From: an uncultured Pseudomonadales bacterium
GTDB taxonomy: Bacteria > Patescibacteriota > Microgenomatia > UBA1400 > MFAQ01
Assembly (NCBI GenBank): GCA_964528565.1
Contig: CAZGSP010000039.1
Span: 10,411 to 74,410 of the forward strand
Length of the DNA stretch: 64,000 bases
Direction: 5' to 3'
Below the pieces are notes generated by a model, which saw nothing but the letters and a program-made list of their open reading frames with translations, was not told the DNA's origin and did no database searches. Below, piece by piece: positions 36,870-46,072 of the stretch (position 1 is its first letter; every line of letters begins with the position of its first letter). The position numbers and the translations under genes are program-made.

Positions 36870-38503
36870 GGTGTGGCAATAAACTTGTACATAGGATGTC
36901 CCACAGGGTCGTTTATGATGTAGATGACCGCTTTGTCATCTACGGACTCATCAGCAGAGATTATAAGGGTTTTGACAAGCTTCCGGTCCTCGGGATAGTT
37001 TATTTGCCTGAATTCGAACTTATCAAACGCCCGGACCGTGGAGAAACCGAACCTGTCCCGCGGGGTCATAACCAGTTCCTTTTGTAATTTTTGGGGTGGA
37101 TATTGAAGAAAGAAAGCCATCAAAATATAGGGCTGGTCGTAGCGGTCGGAGATCACGATACGGTCGTATTCATCGTAGTGTTCTTTGACGTAGCCGGCTA
37201 TTTGGTCAAAGCCATATTGCCATGCATAGGGTAATTCTTTGGGATAATGAACGTAGTACAGATGGAGATAACGGGCGACACAGTAGCCACCGAAAAGAGA
37301 GATTAGGAAAACAAAGAGAGAAAAGACCACTTTGATGTTTATCTTCTTAAAAAATTCCATGGTCGCGGTAACACCAAAGGCACAGATAAATGTCAAAGGT
37401 ATCACCATATTTTGGGCGCGAAGGGCATGAGGACTTTGGAACGTCAGAGCCGCTGCCAAAGGAGAGATCAGGAACCAGATAAAAATCAATCGCTTTTCTT
37501 TTGATTCTAATTTCAACAAGGAAAGTAGCCCAAAAAAGTAAAACGGTATAAGGAACATATAGGTTTGCCCCATGCCGGGTACTTTACTGCGGGCGATTTC
37601 GTCCCCGGTGACAAAGAGGAAACGTGGCGAATAATGAGAAAGATAATTCTTCACAAACCTGAGACTGTAGGAAAGATATTGATTGTGGATGGCTTTTACA
37701 AAGATCGTTTCCGGAACATGGGCGCGGCGCATTTCCAGGGCCTGCCATAACGGACCGGTGTCGGCAAAGACGGAAACACCGGTAAAACGGGACTGGCCTT
37801 CTTTGGACAGTAGTTGACCGGCCAAGGGAAGTACGAGAACAAAACCGAGGACGGCGGCGGCAATAACTAGTTTTATCCTCTTCGGCGCCAAGTCGCCCAA
37901 TAAAGGTTTCCAATAAATAACCAGGAGAGATAAAACCAATAGTGGAGAAATGATTCGAGCGGAATGATAGGCGTACATGCCGGTTGCCATGGATGCTGCA
38001 AAAAGGAATAAGAGTTTAGTTTTTTCCAGACCTCTAAAAAAGGCCCAAAGTCCCAATAGGATAAAGAACAGAGCGGCATTTACTTCCCACCCGCCTCGGG
38101 AAAATTGAAGATGCCATGGTGAGATGGCCAGGAGCAAGGCCGAAATGACCGGTAAATATTTATTTTTGGGGAATAGTGATCGGGCCAATAAATAAACAAG
38201 ATAGACGGAAGCAATACCCAAGATGGCCGATGGAAGGCGGACAGCCCAGATGTTTAAACCGAGGATCTTCACAAACGGCAAAACCAAATAAAAATAGACC
38301 GGGGGTTTGAAGTCGTCAAAAGACCGGAAGACCAGTGGCCAGGAAGCTCCGTGTTCATCCTTGCCGGTTTGGATCAGGGACCAGGCGTTGTAACCGATGG
38401 CGGCTTCGTCGGCGTTTAGACCGGCGGGGAATTTATCCAGAGCAAAAAGTCTTAGGGCCGAAGCTAAAAGAAGAATTAAAATGATGGATAAATATTTTTT
38501 CAT
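36866..38503 (-). CDS. GT-C membrane glycosyltransferase, PMT_2/ArnT-like. Tandem paralog 1 of 6.
   Basis: MKKYLSIILILLLASALRLFALDKFPAGLNADEAAIGYNAWSLIQTGKDEHGASWPLVFRSFDDFKPPVYFYL. Multi-TM. 4-nt overlap with the downstream GT2. Confidence 0.65.
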   Translation of the reverse strand: MKKYLSIILILLLASALRLFALDKFPAGLNADEAAIGYNAWSLIQTGKDEHGASWPLVFRSFDDFKPPVYFYLVLPFVKILGLNIWAVRLPSAILGIASVYLVYLLARSLFPKNKYLPVISALLLAISPWHLQFSRGGWEVNAALFFILLGLWAFFRGLEKTKLLFLFAASMATGMYAYHSARIISPLLVLSLLVIYWKPLLGDLAPKRIKLVIAAAVLGFVLVLPLAGQLLSKEGQSRFTGVSVFADTGPLWQALEMRRAHVPETIFVKAIHNQYLSYSLRFVKNYLSHYSPRFLFVTGDEIARSKVPGMGQTYMFLIPFYFFGLLSLLKLESKEKRLIFIWFLISPLAAALTFQSPHALRAQNMVIPLTFICAFGVTATMEFFKKINIKVVFSLFVFLISLFGGYCVARYLHLYYVHYPKELPYAWQYGFDQIAGYVKEHYDEYDRIVISDRYDQPYILMAFFLQYPPQKLQKELVMTPRDRFGFSTVRAFDKFEFRQINYPEDRKLVKTLIISADESVDDKAVIYIINDPVGHPMYKFIATP

Positions 38504-40186
38504 TTATGGCTTGGTCTTGAGGACTCTAAAAAGAATTTTATGATCGGGGGTTTCGATCTGACGGAAATGTTCGACATTTGAGCCGGCGATATCGTATTGT
38601 CTATTGATATTACCCTCGGAGCCAATAAAAAGGGTGTCTTTCTGGGTGTTCATATCGGAATCTCCAAACTGGTGGAACTCCACGTTGCCGATCTTATCAA
38701 CACGTCCAACATCCAAACCGCCACTGACGAAGTCGTTGTTAGCTTGATATGTGGCGGGGTCGTAGGCGGTATAAAAAACATAATAGATATATGGCTGGCC
38801 AAAGACATCGGTGAAAACAATTTTTTTGGCGGGATAGTCTTTGATGGCTTGGACTACCTGTTTGTAGCCATAATTAAACTCCGAGGCAAAAACCGTTTGG
38901 CTATGGAAGAAATAAACATCAAAGGTGTAGAAGGTGAGGAGAACATACAAAGCCACCAGTGGTATGGAGAAGTATTTTAAAATTGAAAGACAATAATACG
39001 TACCGATACCGGAAATAATGGCTAGTGGTACGGTCATAAATAAAGCCCGAACGGTAGAAAATTCCGCAAGTGTTAATGAGGCGGGGATGGGGGCAATGAG
39101 TAACAGACCCAGGATGATCAAAGGTGTCTTATCAAATCCCTCGTGCGTACCGTTAACTATTAATCTCGATAGATAGATCAAACCGAAGATAAGCCAGATA
39201 AATTCGAGGGGGTTCAAGATTCCCAGAGATGGAACGTGTCCCCTCTCGGTAATGGTGGGACCCTCGTAAAAAAGTACTTCCGGTGAAAAATGGTAAACAT
39301 ACCTGGACAGAACCAGCGAGGTCGAGAGCTGAAGCTGGTTGTGAAATAACGGAATGGTCCCGGAGCCCGCGCCGTCGATCGGTGCCAATTTGGCAGTGAG
39401 ATCCGGCTTGTAGTTGAAAATACTCAGGGTGCTAAGCCTGTTCCCGGCACTGCCCAAAATCGAACCAAAGAAGATCCAAAGTCCGAAAAGAACAAAGGGT
39501 GCAAGAAGTAATAATTTTTTAGGTTTAAGGTAAACTGGAATTTGTTGCCAAAAATCTTTCCGGTAAATAGCTAGAAATAAAAGAAAAACGAGTGGAGTAA
39601 GAAGTTTGGCGGCTTGATACATGGCCAGGGAAAGGCAGGCAAATAGCAAAGACGGAAAAATGGACGAACTCCCCTTGAGGAATCTAAGGAAGTAATACAA
39701 AGCAAAAATGGTCAGTGTGGTAAATACATTCACTTCCCACGCGCCATGACTAAAATGGACATGCCAAGGCGAAATAGCCAGTGCGAGGGCGGCGAGGTCC
39801 CAGGGGAACAACTCAAAGCCGAGGATTTTAAAACCTTTTGTCTTTGAATCAATAAAAATTTCTTTGGTTAGGAGATAGACTCCCCAGATGGCCAAAATAC
39901 CGGCAAGAGCGCTAGGAAAGCGGACTGCAAATTCATTTAAACCAAATATGGCCACCATGGGAACGGTGAGATAAATGTAGGCGCCGGGTTTGTAATCACC
40001 AAAACTTTTGAAAATAAGGGGGAGAAAAGCGCCGTGCTCGTCCCTGCCGGTCTTGAGAATGGAATAGGCGTTGTAACCAATGGCCGCTTCATCCCAGGTA
40101 AGCCCGTTGGGAACAGCTGACAACATCCATAGCCTAAGAAAAGATCCGATGACCAACGCAATAATTAGAATAAGGTATTTCTTCAT
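38504..40186 (-). CDS. GT-C membrane glycosyltransferase, PMT_2/ArnT-like. Tandem paralog 2 of 6.
   Basis: MKKYLILIIALVIGSFLRLWMLSAVPNGLTWDEAAIGYNAYSILKTGRDEHGAFLPLIFKSFGDYKPGAYIYL. Confidence 0.65.
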   Translation of the reverse strand: MKKYLILIIALVIGSFLRLWMLSAVPNGLTWDEAAIGYNAYSILKTGRDEHGAFLPLIFKSFGDYKPGAYIYLTVPMVAIFGLNEFAVRFPSALAGILAIWGVYLLTKEIFIDSKTKGFKILGFELFPWDLAALALAISPWHVHFSHGAWEVNVFTTLTIFALYYFLRFLKGSSSIFPSLLFACLSLAMYQAAKLLTPLVFLLFLAIYRKDFWQQIPVYLKPKKLLLLAPFVLFGLWIFFGSILGSAGNRLSTLSIFNYKPDLTAKLAPIDGAGSGTIPLFHNQLQLSTSLVLSRYVYHFSPEVLFYEGPTITERGHVPSLGILNPLEFIWLIFGLIYLSRLIVNGTHEGFDKTPLIILGLLLIAPIPASLTLAEFSTVRALFMTVPLAIISGIGTYYCLSILKYFSIPLVALYVLLTFYTFDVYFFHSQTVFASEFNYGYKQVVQAIKDYPAKKIVFTDVFGQPYIYYVFYTAYDPATYQANNDFVSGGLDVGRVDKIGNVEFHQFGDSDMNTQKDTLFIGSEGNINRQYDIAGSNVEHFRQIETPDHKILFRVLKTKP

Positions 40187-41877
40187 GGTACAGAGGTAAT
40201 TGTAAACGCCGGGGAGCCATCCAGGAAGTTAATCGTTTCGATCACGTGGGCATTGACCGGAACGTGGTCCGGCGAGGTAACTAGCAGACCCCTGGCAGTC
40301 GAGATCTCTTGTCCACTTTCAATAGGCAAGGAATTTATCCCTATGGTGGGGATTTGCCAATCGTTGACAAAATAAACGTTATCAATCTTGTCCGTCCAGA
40401 ACCAATCGGACTTTTCATAACGGATGTTCTCCGGTCCCGGTTGGAGCTTTTCGGGAGACAGCCCGGTAAAGAAAACATAGAAAATATGCGGTTCGCCGTA
40501 ACGTTTGGTGATAAAGATGCGGTCGTATTCCGACCAGTGCTCCGAGATATAATCCATGACTTGTTCGTAACCATACTGCCAGGAAGAAGAGAACTTGGTC
40601 TTGTAATCACCTGCGTATTGTCCCAGGTAATAGCCGAAGGAAAGTAAGGTCCAGAGAGAAAAAAGAGAGACAAAAATCAATTGTCTCTTTTCTGGTATGA
40701 GGACCAAAAGCCTGGCCAGACCCAAACAAGCCAAAATAACAACTGCGGGTATCATGGGATTTGGCCGGAGAGCTTGGGGCGGATCAATGGTCAGGCTGGC
40801 GGCGACGGGGGAAAGGAATAACCAGGCATAGAGCATTTGGAAGGCCTTGTCACTTTTGACGTGAGGTAGATAGAAAATGAAACCCAAAAGAGCCAGAAGG
40901 AAGACCGGAAGGGTCAGCAGGTTTTCCTTGGGAATAGCAAACTGGTATTGGGCTCCCCACTTTTGAGAAAAGAAATCCGGAGAGAAATAGCCGAGATAGT
41001 TCTTCGAGAAAATAGTGAGGAAATAAACGGGCCGGTTGTAAATAAGTCTGGCCACAAGTGAAGGAAGGGGGCTTTGGGCTCTATTTTCTCCGATTTGAAA
41101 GACTGATGAGGGCGAAAGAATTTTTAGTTTGTCATAACGGGCCGTCCCCTCTCCTAAATATACTTGAAAGATAACGAGGCCGGAGAAGAGCAATGCCATG
41201 AATATCGATAGACCGGTTTTGAAATTTATCTTTATTTTGGGCCGGTAGATTAAAAAGGACAAGATCACCATGAGAGGGACAAAGACCCTGGCTGTGTTGT
41301 AAGTATGCAAAGATAAACCAAGTAAAACGACGGAGGGTAGAATGGAGGCCTTATTCCCAAAAAATTTTAGTAAGAAATAAAATCCGAAGATGATGAGGGT
41401 CAGAGATAAGTTGGCTTCCAGTGCCGGTCTGGAGATAAAAAAGTGCCAGGGAAGAATGGCTAGTAACAAAGCGGTTAGAAAGCCAAGATTTATTTTGCGC
41501 TTAAATAAATTTTGGGAAAGGTTGGGGAAAATCTCATTGGTCAGTAAATATATACCGGGAATAGCAAGAGTACCCGCAAAGGCAGAGATAAACCTGACAG
41601 CAAAGGCATTGAGGCCAAAAAGCCAAACCGGAATAACCGAAAGATAGATATATAGAGGAAGTTTGAAATCGCCAAAGGCGCGGAAAATTAGCGGAAAGGT
41701 TTTGCCCCATTCGTCCTTGCCCGTCTGTAAAATCGAAAGGGCGTTGTATCCGTGACTCACTTCGTCCCAGTTTAAAGAGACGGGTAATGATCCAAGTTTC
41801 CAAAATCTTAAGATACCGCTGACTATCGTCAGAATGAGGAGGACTAAAAAGCTATGGTTTTTAAAAATGGACTTCAT
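40183..41877 (-). CDS. GT-C membrane glycosyltransferase, PMT_2/ArnT-like. Tandem paralog 3 of 6.
   Basis: …LNWDEVSHGYNALSILQTGKDEWGKTFPLIFRAFGDFKLPLYIYL…. Confidence 0.65.
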   Translation of the reverse strand: MKSIFKNHSFLVLLILTIVSGILRFWKLGSLPVSLNWDEVSHGYNALSILQTGKDEWGKTFPLIFRAFGDFKLPLYIYLSVIPVWLFGLNAFAVRFISAFAGTLAIPGIYLLTNEIFPNLSQNLFKRKINLGFLTALLLAILPWHFFISRPALEANLSLTLIIFGFYFLLKFFGNKASILPSVVLLGLSLHTYNTARVFVPLMVILSFLIYRPKIKINFKTGLSIFMALLFSGLVIFQVYLGEGTARYDKLKILSPSSVFQIGENRAQSPLPSLVARLIYNRPVYFLTIFSKNYLGYFSPDFFSQKWGAQYQFAIPKENLLTLPVFLLALLGFIFYLPHVKSDKAFQMLYAWLFLSPVAASLTIDPPQALRPNPMIPAVVILACLGLARLLVLIPEKRQLIFVSLFSLWTLLSFGYYLGQYAGDYKTKFSSSWQYGYEQVMDYISEHWSEYDRIFITKRYGEPHIFYVFFTGLSPEKLQPGPENIRYEKSDWFWTDKIDNVYFVNDWQIPTIGINSLPIESGQEISTARGLLVTSPDHVPVNAHVIETINFLDGSPAFTITSVP

Positions 41878-43558
41878 AGAATAACGGCTCTCCCGAGGGT
41901 AAGTATATTATGGCATCTTTTATGGCCGTGGAGTCGATGTCGGTACCTTCGACTTCCGCCCTGGTTAGGAAATAGATGGCGCCGGGAAGTGAGTTCTCCC
42001 GGACATTCTTTGAATCTACCAGGTTGGCAATGTATAGCTCCGAATCCCCTATCCGATTGCCTTCCAAATTATTTCTACCTTGAGTTGAAGTGAAAGCAAG
42101 ATCGTTTTTGACAAAGTTTTGGAAACGCTTGGGGTCGAATTCGGTGTAGAACAAATAGAACATGAGGGGAGGATCGTACTTTGGTGAAATAATGATCGGC
42201 CGACCGGGGTGTTTCTGGGCCAACTCAACAACTTCTTTTAATCCGGCACTAAAAGCTCTCTCCGAACTGTAACGATAATGGAACCAGTAATCATGAATAA
42301 AGAAAACCGATTCCAAAAGAATAAGGCCAACAAAAAAGTAAAATAACGATTTTCGGTTACTGTATAGATAAGAAAGGGCGAGACCCGAAATAATTACCGT
42401 CGGCTGTAACATCATGAACGAACGGCTGGCGTGACCGGCACCATCCCGGGTGATCGCCGAAGTGGAAACGGCGATCATCGTTAACAAACCCAATACCAGA
42501 AGAAGGCGGTCATGCCGGTGACGGATTAAGAAAAATATGCCGATCAGTAATAACGGCCCCATAGATCGGTAAAGCATTCCCGATCCGGCCGGTGAATGTC
42601 GAAGATTGGGATCCCCTTTCGTAAAGAGGAAGTCTGTAGAAAAGAGACCAAAAACATTATTAATGAGATTGCCGGCAAACCAGAAAGGTTTATTGTGGAA
42701 GAATTTAGTAGGGATCGAGGGTGAGGAACCGACGGGGGCACCGGGACCGATATCCAGTTGGCGCTGGAAATTAATTTCTGTCGCGGCCGTAGGATCGGAA
42801 AATATGGAAATATAATCGAACCGGGCGGTTGTTCCGCCTCCAACGAACATGATCACCAGAGGAATGAACATTGCCAAAAGAGCAATTTTGACCGAAAGGC
42901 TCTTTTTGAATAATTCAAACGATCCGGGGAGCAGAAGTAAAACCACCGGATATGCGATAACGGACATTTTGGCCGTGTTGTAAACCATGGGCGAAAGGCC
43001 TAAAAACAAAACCGAGAGATATAAATAGGTATTTTTTCTTTTGATCAAAAATTCGGTAAAGAAATAAAAACCCGCCGTAACAAAGAAATAAAGCATCGCC
43101 AGGGCAAAACCGATCCGTGAATAAGTGAAATGCCAGGGAACGAGAGTCAGGATCAGAGCCCCAAACAGACCGGCGTGAGGGAGATCCAGATCAAATAGTT
43201 TCTTGGATGAAAGATTTCCGATCAATAAATAAGTGAAGAGAATTCCTAATAAGCCAAAAAGTGCCGGAACAAGACGGATGGAAAGATCCAAGGGGACACT
43301 TAGAAGGTGGGCTAGGGCAATCAAATATATTGGAATGGGTGGTTGAACATCACTGAAGGAATGGAATTGAACAGGCAGACAAAAACCGGAATAATCACAC
43401 CCCGTCTTAATGAGAGACAGGGCTTGATAGCCCATATCCACTTCATCGGAGTAAAGACTGATAGGATTTAGGAGGAGTCCATAAAGCCTGAGAGCTCCGC
43501 CAAGCAAGACCACCAGGATCAATGGCCAATACTTGAGTGGTAGTTCTTTTATTTTCAT
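41861..43558 (-). CDS. GT-C membrane protein, PMT_2/ArnT-like. Tandem paralog 4 of 6, with a degenerate second acidic motif.
   Basis: …SLYSDEVDMGYQALSLIKTGCDYSGFCLPVQFHSFSDVQPPIPIYL…. The first DE is retained. The TG[KR]DE[HWF]G motif is replaced by TGCDYSG. Confidence 0.6.
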   Translation of the reverse strand: MKIKELPLKYWPLILVVLLGGALRLYGLLLNPISLYSDEVDMGYQALSLIKTGCDYSGFCLPVQFHSFSDVQPPIPIYLIALAHLLSVPLDLSIRLVPALFGLLGILFTYLLIGNLSSKKLFDLDLPHAGLFGALILTLVPWHFTYSRIGFALAMLYFFVTAGFYFFTEFLIKRKNTYLYLSVLFLGLSPMVYNTAKMSVIAYPVVLLLLPGSFELFKKSLSVKIALLAMFIPLVIMFVGGGTTARFDYISIFSDPTAATEINFQRQLDIGPGAPVGSSPSIPTKFFHNKPFWFAGNLINNVFGLFSTDFLFTKGDPNLRHSPAGSGMLYRSMGPLLLIGIFFLIRHRHDRLLLVLGLLTMIAVSTSAITRDGAGHASRSFMMLQPTVIISGLALSYLYSNRKSLFYFFVGLILLESVFFIHDYWFHYRYSSERAFSAGLKEVVELAQKHPGRPIIISPKYDPPLMFYLFYTEFDPKRFQNFVKNDLAFTSTQGRNNLEGNRIGDSELYIANLVDSKNVRENSLPGAIYFLTRAEVEGTDIDSTAIKDAIIYLPSGEPLFYEVHF

Positions 43559-45231
43559 TTGGATTGTGGGTTGGTTCTTAATATTCTGATGGCAACATCT
43601 CCATTAGGTAGTTTCACTTCCTTTATTATAGAGAGGTGGTGTTCCGCTATCTGGACCGGCCCGATAGCAATATTTTCGGCTACGATATACTGATCGACGT
43701 GATCGGTATCTATACCCCATTGAAAGTTCTTGACGGTGATTCTTCCGAGATTTTTGGTGGGGTTCCGTTCCATGTTTATGTAATACTCGTCTAACGGTAC
43801 TTCGAAGTTGTCTTTTTGATAAATGGCCGGGTCATATTTCATAAAAAATAACATTAAGATATAGGCGTCACCACGGGACCCGTCAACGATCACCGGCAAT
43901 GTGGTGTCCAGTTTGGGAATTTCTTCTGCTATCTGCTCCCATCCATAGTTCCAATAAGTGGACGTAAAATGGTCATTTAAATAAAAAATGGAAATAAACA
44001 TTTGAGTCGAAGAAAATAGAATTAAAATACCCAGAACGAGAAGTTTGTATTTGTTGAGTGCCGGCAAAATAATCTCCCAGAGTTTAATAAGGCCGAAGGA
44101 AATAAGTATGGTTTGGGGAATAACCAACGAGAGAGCTCTTAGGGTTGAATAGGGGTCCCTGGTGAGAGCTGCCGGCACCGGAGAAATAAGAAGTAGAACA
44201 AAAGTAAATATTTTTAAACCTTTACGATCTTTTTCTTTAATTAAAAAGTAAAGACCGGCAAGATAAAACAGAAGCAACCAGGGGAAAAAGGTACCCATAT
44301 CGGGATACGGCTTCCTGGGTCCGGAGTCCCCTAATTGAAACATATACCGGGGGGATAGATAAGAGGAATAAAGTGAAAAAAATTCTTTGGCTGAGAGCGT
44401 CTGAGGAATATTGACAATTCTCCGGAGAGTTGAACCGTCTTCTTTTAAACCCCAAGGATTTTGACGGGACGAAAGAATATTTAGACTGGAAGTGCGGGCT
44501 TGGAATCCCGGAGTCCTCATTATCGTGAGCATGGGTACGACAAGAACAAAACCAAGAATAAAGCTGATGATGACGGGGATGATAAAAGTCTTTTTGCCAG
44601 CCAAGAGTTCTTTGTAATGTCCGATTGCCAGAGCCAGTACCAAAACGGGGACTATTAATGTTTCGGCCCGGTAGGCCGAAAAGGATAACGCATAAAAAAT
44701 CGCAGAAGCAACAAACAACCATGGCCTCTTGAGAGCATAAAAGAACATTAAGGAGCCGAGGATTAGGAGAAAGAGAGCAACGTTTGTTTCGTAGGCGGTA
44801 CGGCTATAAGCAATATGCCAGGGAGAAACAGCAAGGAAAAAGGTGGAAATCAAAGCTAAGATGCTTCCATATTTTTCCGTCGAAATTTTCTTCACCAAAA
44901 AATACAGGAGAGGAATCGTGAGAATTCCAAGAATGACGGAGGGCAAACGAACAGAAAGAGGGTTTAGTCCAAAAACCGCTATAACCGGTACGGTGATATA
45001 GGTATATACAGGACTTTGAAAGGTAGCGAAGGAACGAAACATGGCCGGAAATGATTTCCCAAATTCATCTTTGCCTGTTTGGAGAATTGAGTAAGCGTTA
45101 TAGCCTAGTGCCGCCTCATCGACATAAAAACCTTTAGGTGTTTCTCCGATCCGGTACAGCCGGAAAAAGCCGGCTATAAGGATAATGAGTATCAATAATA
45201 GTGCCGGTAAATACCTGAAGGAGAATTTCAT
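43555..45231 (-). CDS. GT-C membrane glycosyltransferase, PMT_2/ArnT-like. Tandem paralog 5 of 6.
   Basis: …GFYVDEAALGYNAYSILQTGKDEFGKSFPAMFRSFATFQSPVYTYI…. Confidence 0.65.
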   Translation of the reverse strand: MKFSFRYLPALLLILIILIAGFFRLYRIGETPKGFYVDEAALGYNAYSILQTGKDEFGKSFPAMFRSFATFQSPVYTYITVPVIAVFGLNPLSVRLPSVILGILTIPLLYFLVKKISTEKYGSILALISTFFLAVSPWHIAYSRTAYETNVALFLLILGSLMFFYALKRPWLFVASAIFYALSFSAYRAETLIVPVLVLALAIGHYKELLAGKKTFIIPVIISFILGFVLVVPMLTIMRTPGFQARTSSLNILSSRQNPWGLKEDGSTLRRIVNIPQTLSAKEFFSLYSSYLSPRYMFQLGDSGPRKPYPDMGTFFPWLLLFYLAGLYFLIKEKDRKGLKIFTFVLLLISPVPAALTRDPYSTLRALSLVIPQTILISFGLIKLWEIILPALNKYKLLVLGILILFSSTQMFISIFYLNDHFTSTYWNYGWEQIAEEIPKLDTTLPVIVDGSRGDAYILMLFFMKYDPAIYQKDNFEVPLDEYYINMERNPTKNLGRITVKNFQWGIDTDHVDQYIVAENIAIGPVQIAEHHLSIIKEVKLPNGDVAIRILRTNPQSK

Positions 45232-46049
45232 GATCGATAGATAATTATCCGAGCTAATTCAATAAATGAAATCAGAACAAAGACTACAGAAAAAATCAAA
45301 AAATATTTGGCGGATAGGGTCTTTAGTTTTTTCAAACCAAAGATAGACATAATGGAAACCGGAACACACAAGAGAATATCGAACCGATCCTGGTTATTTA
45401 TGAAACTAATTGAAAGCACCATGGCCAGAAAGACACTCACAAGCCAAGCTTTGTCTCGGCTATCTTTTAGGTAGAACAAACCCAAAAGAAAAGGAATAAT
45501 TGCCAGGTAGGAATATTTTATGAGGTTTTGATTGTCCCCCGATTCTCTCGGGTGTAGAGCAAAAAAGTAGTTATTGGGGTCAAGCGAGACAAATAGGTTT
45601 GCCTTGTATTTATTTTGAAAAACAGTGGTTTTGTTTTCAAATATCCGGGCTAGGTTACGATTTGGGATCAGGGAAATTTTCTTAATTAAAGTATCTTTGG
45701 CTAAGGGATCGGGGGTGAAGATGGAATAAGCGTAAAAAGTCTTCCAGGAGAAAAGGGAAACGAGAAACAATAGAAAAGAAAAAATAAAGAGTCCGGTTTT
45801 GTCGAAGTTCTTAATGTTTAATAAAAAGATGAGAAAGGGAATCAATAAGTAGGCCGGGTGAATCAAAGGCAGTAGCAGATATATAAAGTAACGTAATTTG
45901 TTGCCGGTGCGAAACAAAAAGTAATCGAGGAGAACTAATGAGGCGGCCAGAATGAACGGAACCCAGGAATCGGAATTGGATAAAATAAAGGAAAGGGGCC
46001 AGAAGGCCAGTATCAAAACAGCCGAGATCCAAAATAAAAACGTTTTCAT
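45228..46049 (-). CDS. Hypothetical polytopic membrane protein (273 aa).
   Basis: Highly hydrophobic, about 8 TM segments, no recognisable motif. It lies inside the GT-C operon and overlaps the upstream gene by 4 nt. Confidence 0.4.
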   Translation of the reverse strand: MKTFLFWISAVLILAFWPLSFILSNSDSWVPFILAASLVLLDYFLFRTGNKLRYFIYLLLPLIHPAYLLIPFLIFLLNIKNFDKTGLFIFSFLLFLVSLFSWKTFYAYSIFTPDPLAKDTLIKKISLIPNRNLARIFENKTTVFQNKYKANLFVSLDPNNYFFALHPRESGDNQNLIKYSYLAIIPFLLGLFYLKDSRDKAWLVSVFLAMVLSISFINNQDRFDILLCVPVSIMSIFGLKKLKTLSAKYFLIFSVVFVLISFIELARIIIYRS

Positions 46050-46072
46050 GTTAACTAGACAAATTATATGCG

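Noticed and set aside
36538-37913. Arg-rich antisense ORFs (for example 36538-36879, 37584-37913, 44237-44722, 33946-34359) that overlap the GT2 and GT-C genes on the opposite strand.
   Set aside because: They are fully embedded antisense to long, motif-bearing genes. They have low-complexity Arg/Pro/Ser-rich translations and no motifs. This is typical of spurious ORFs in GC-richer coding DNA.
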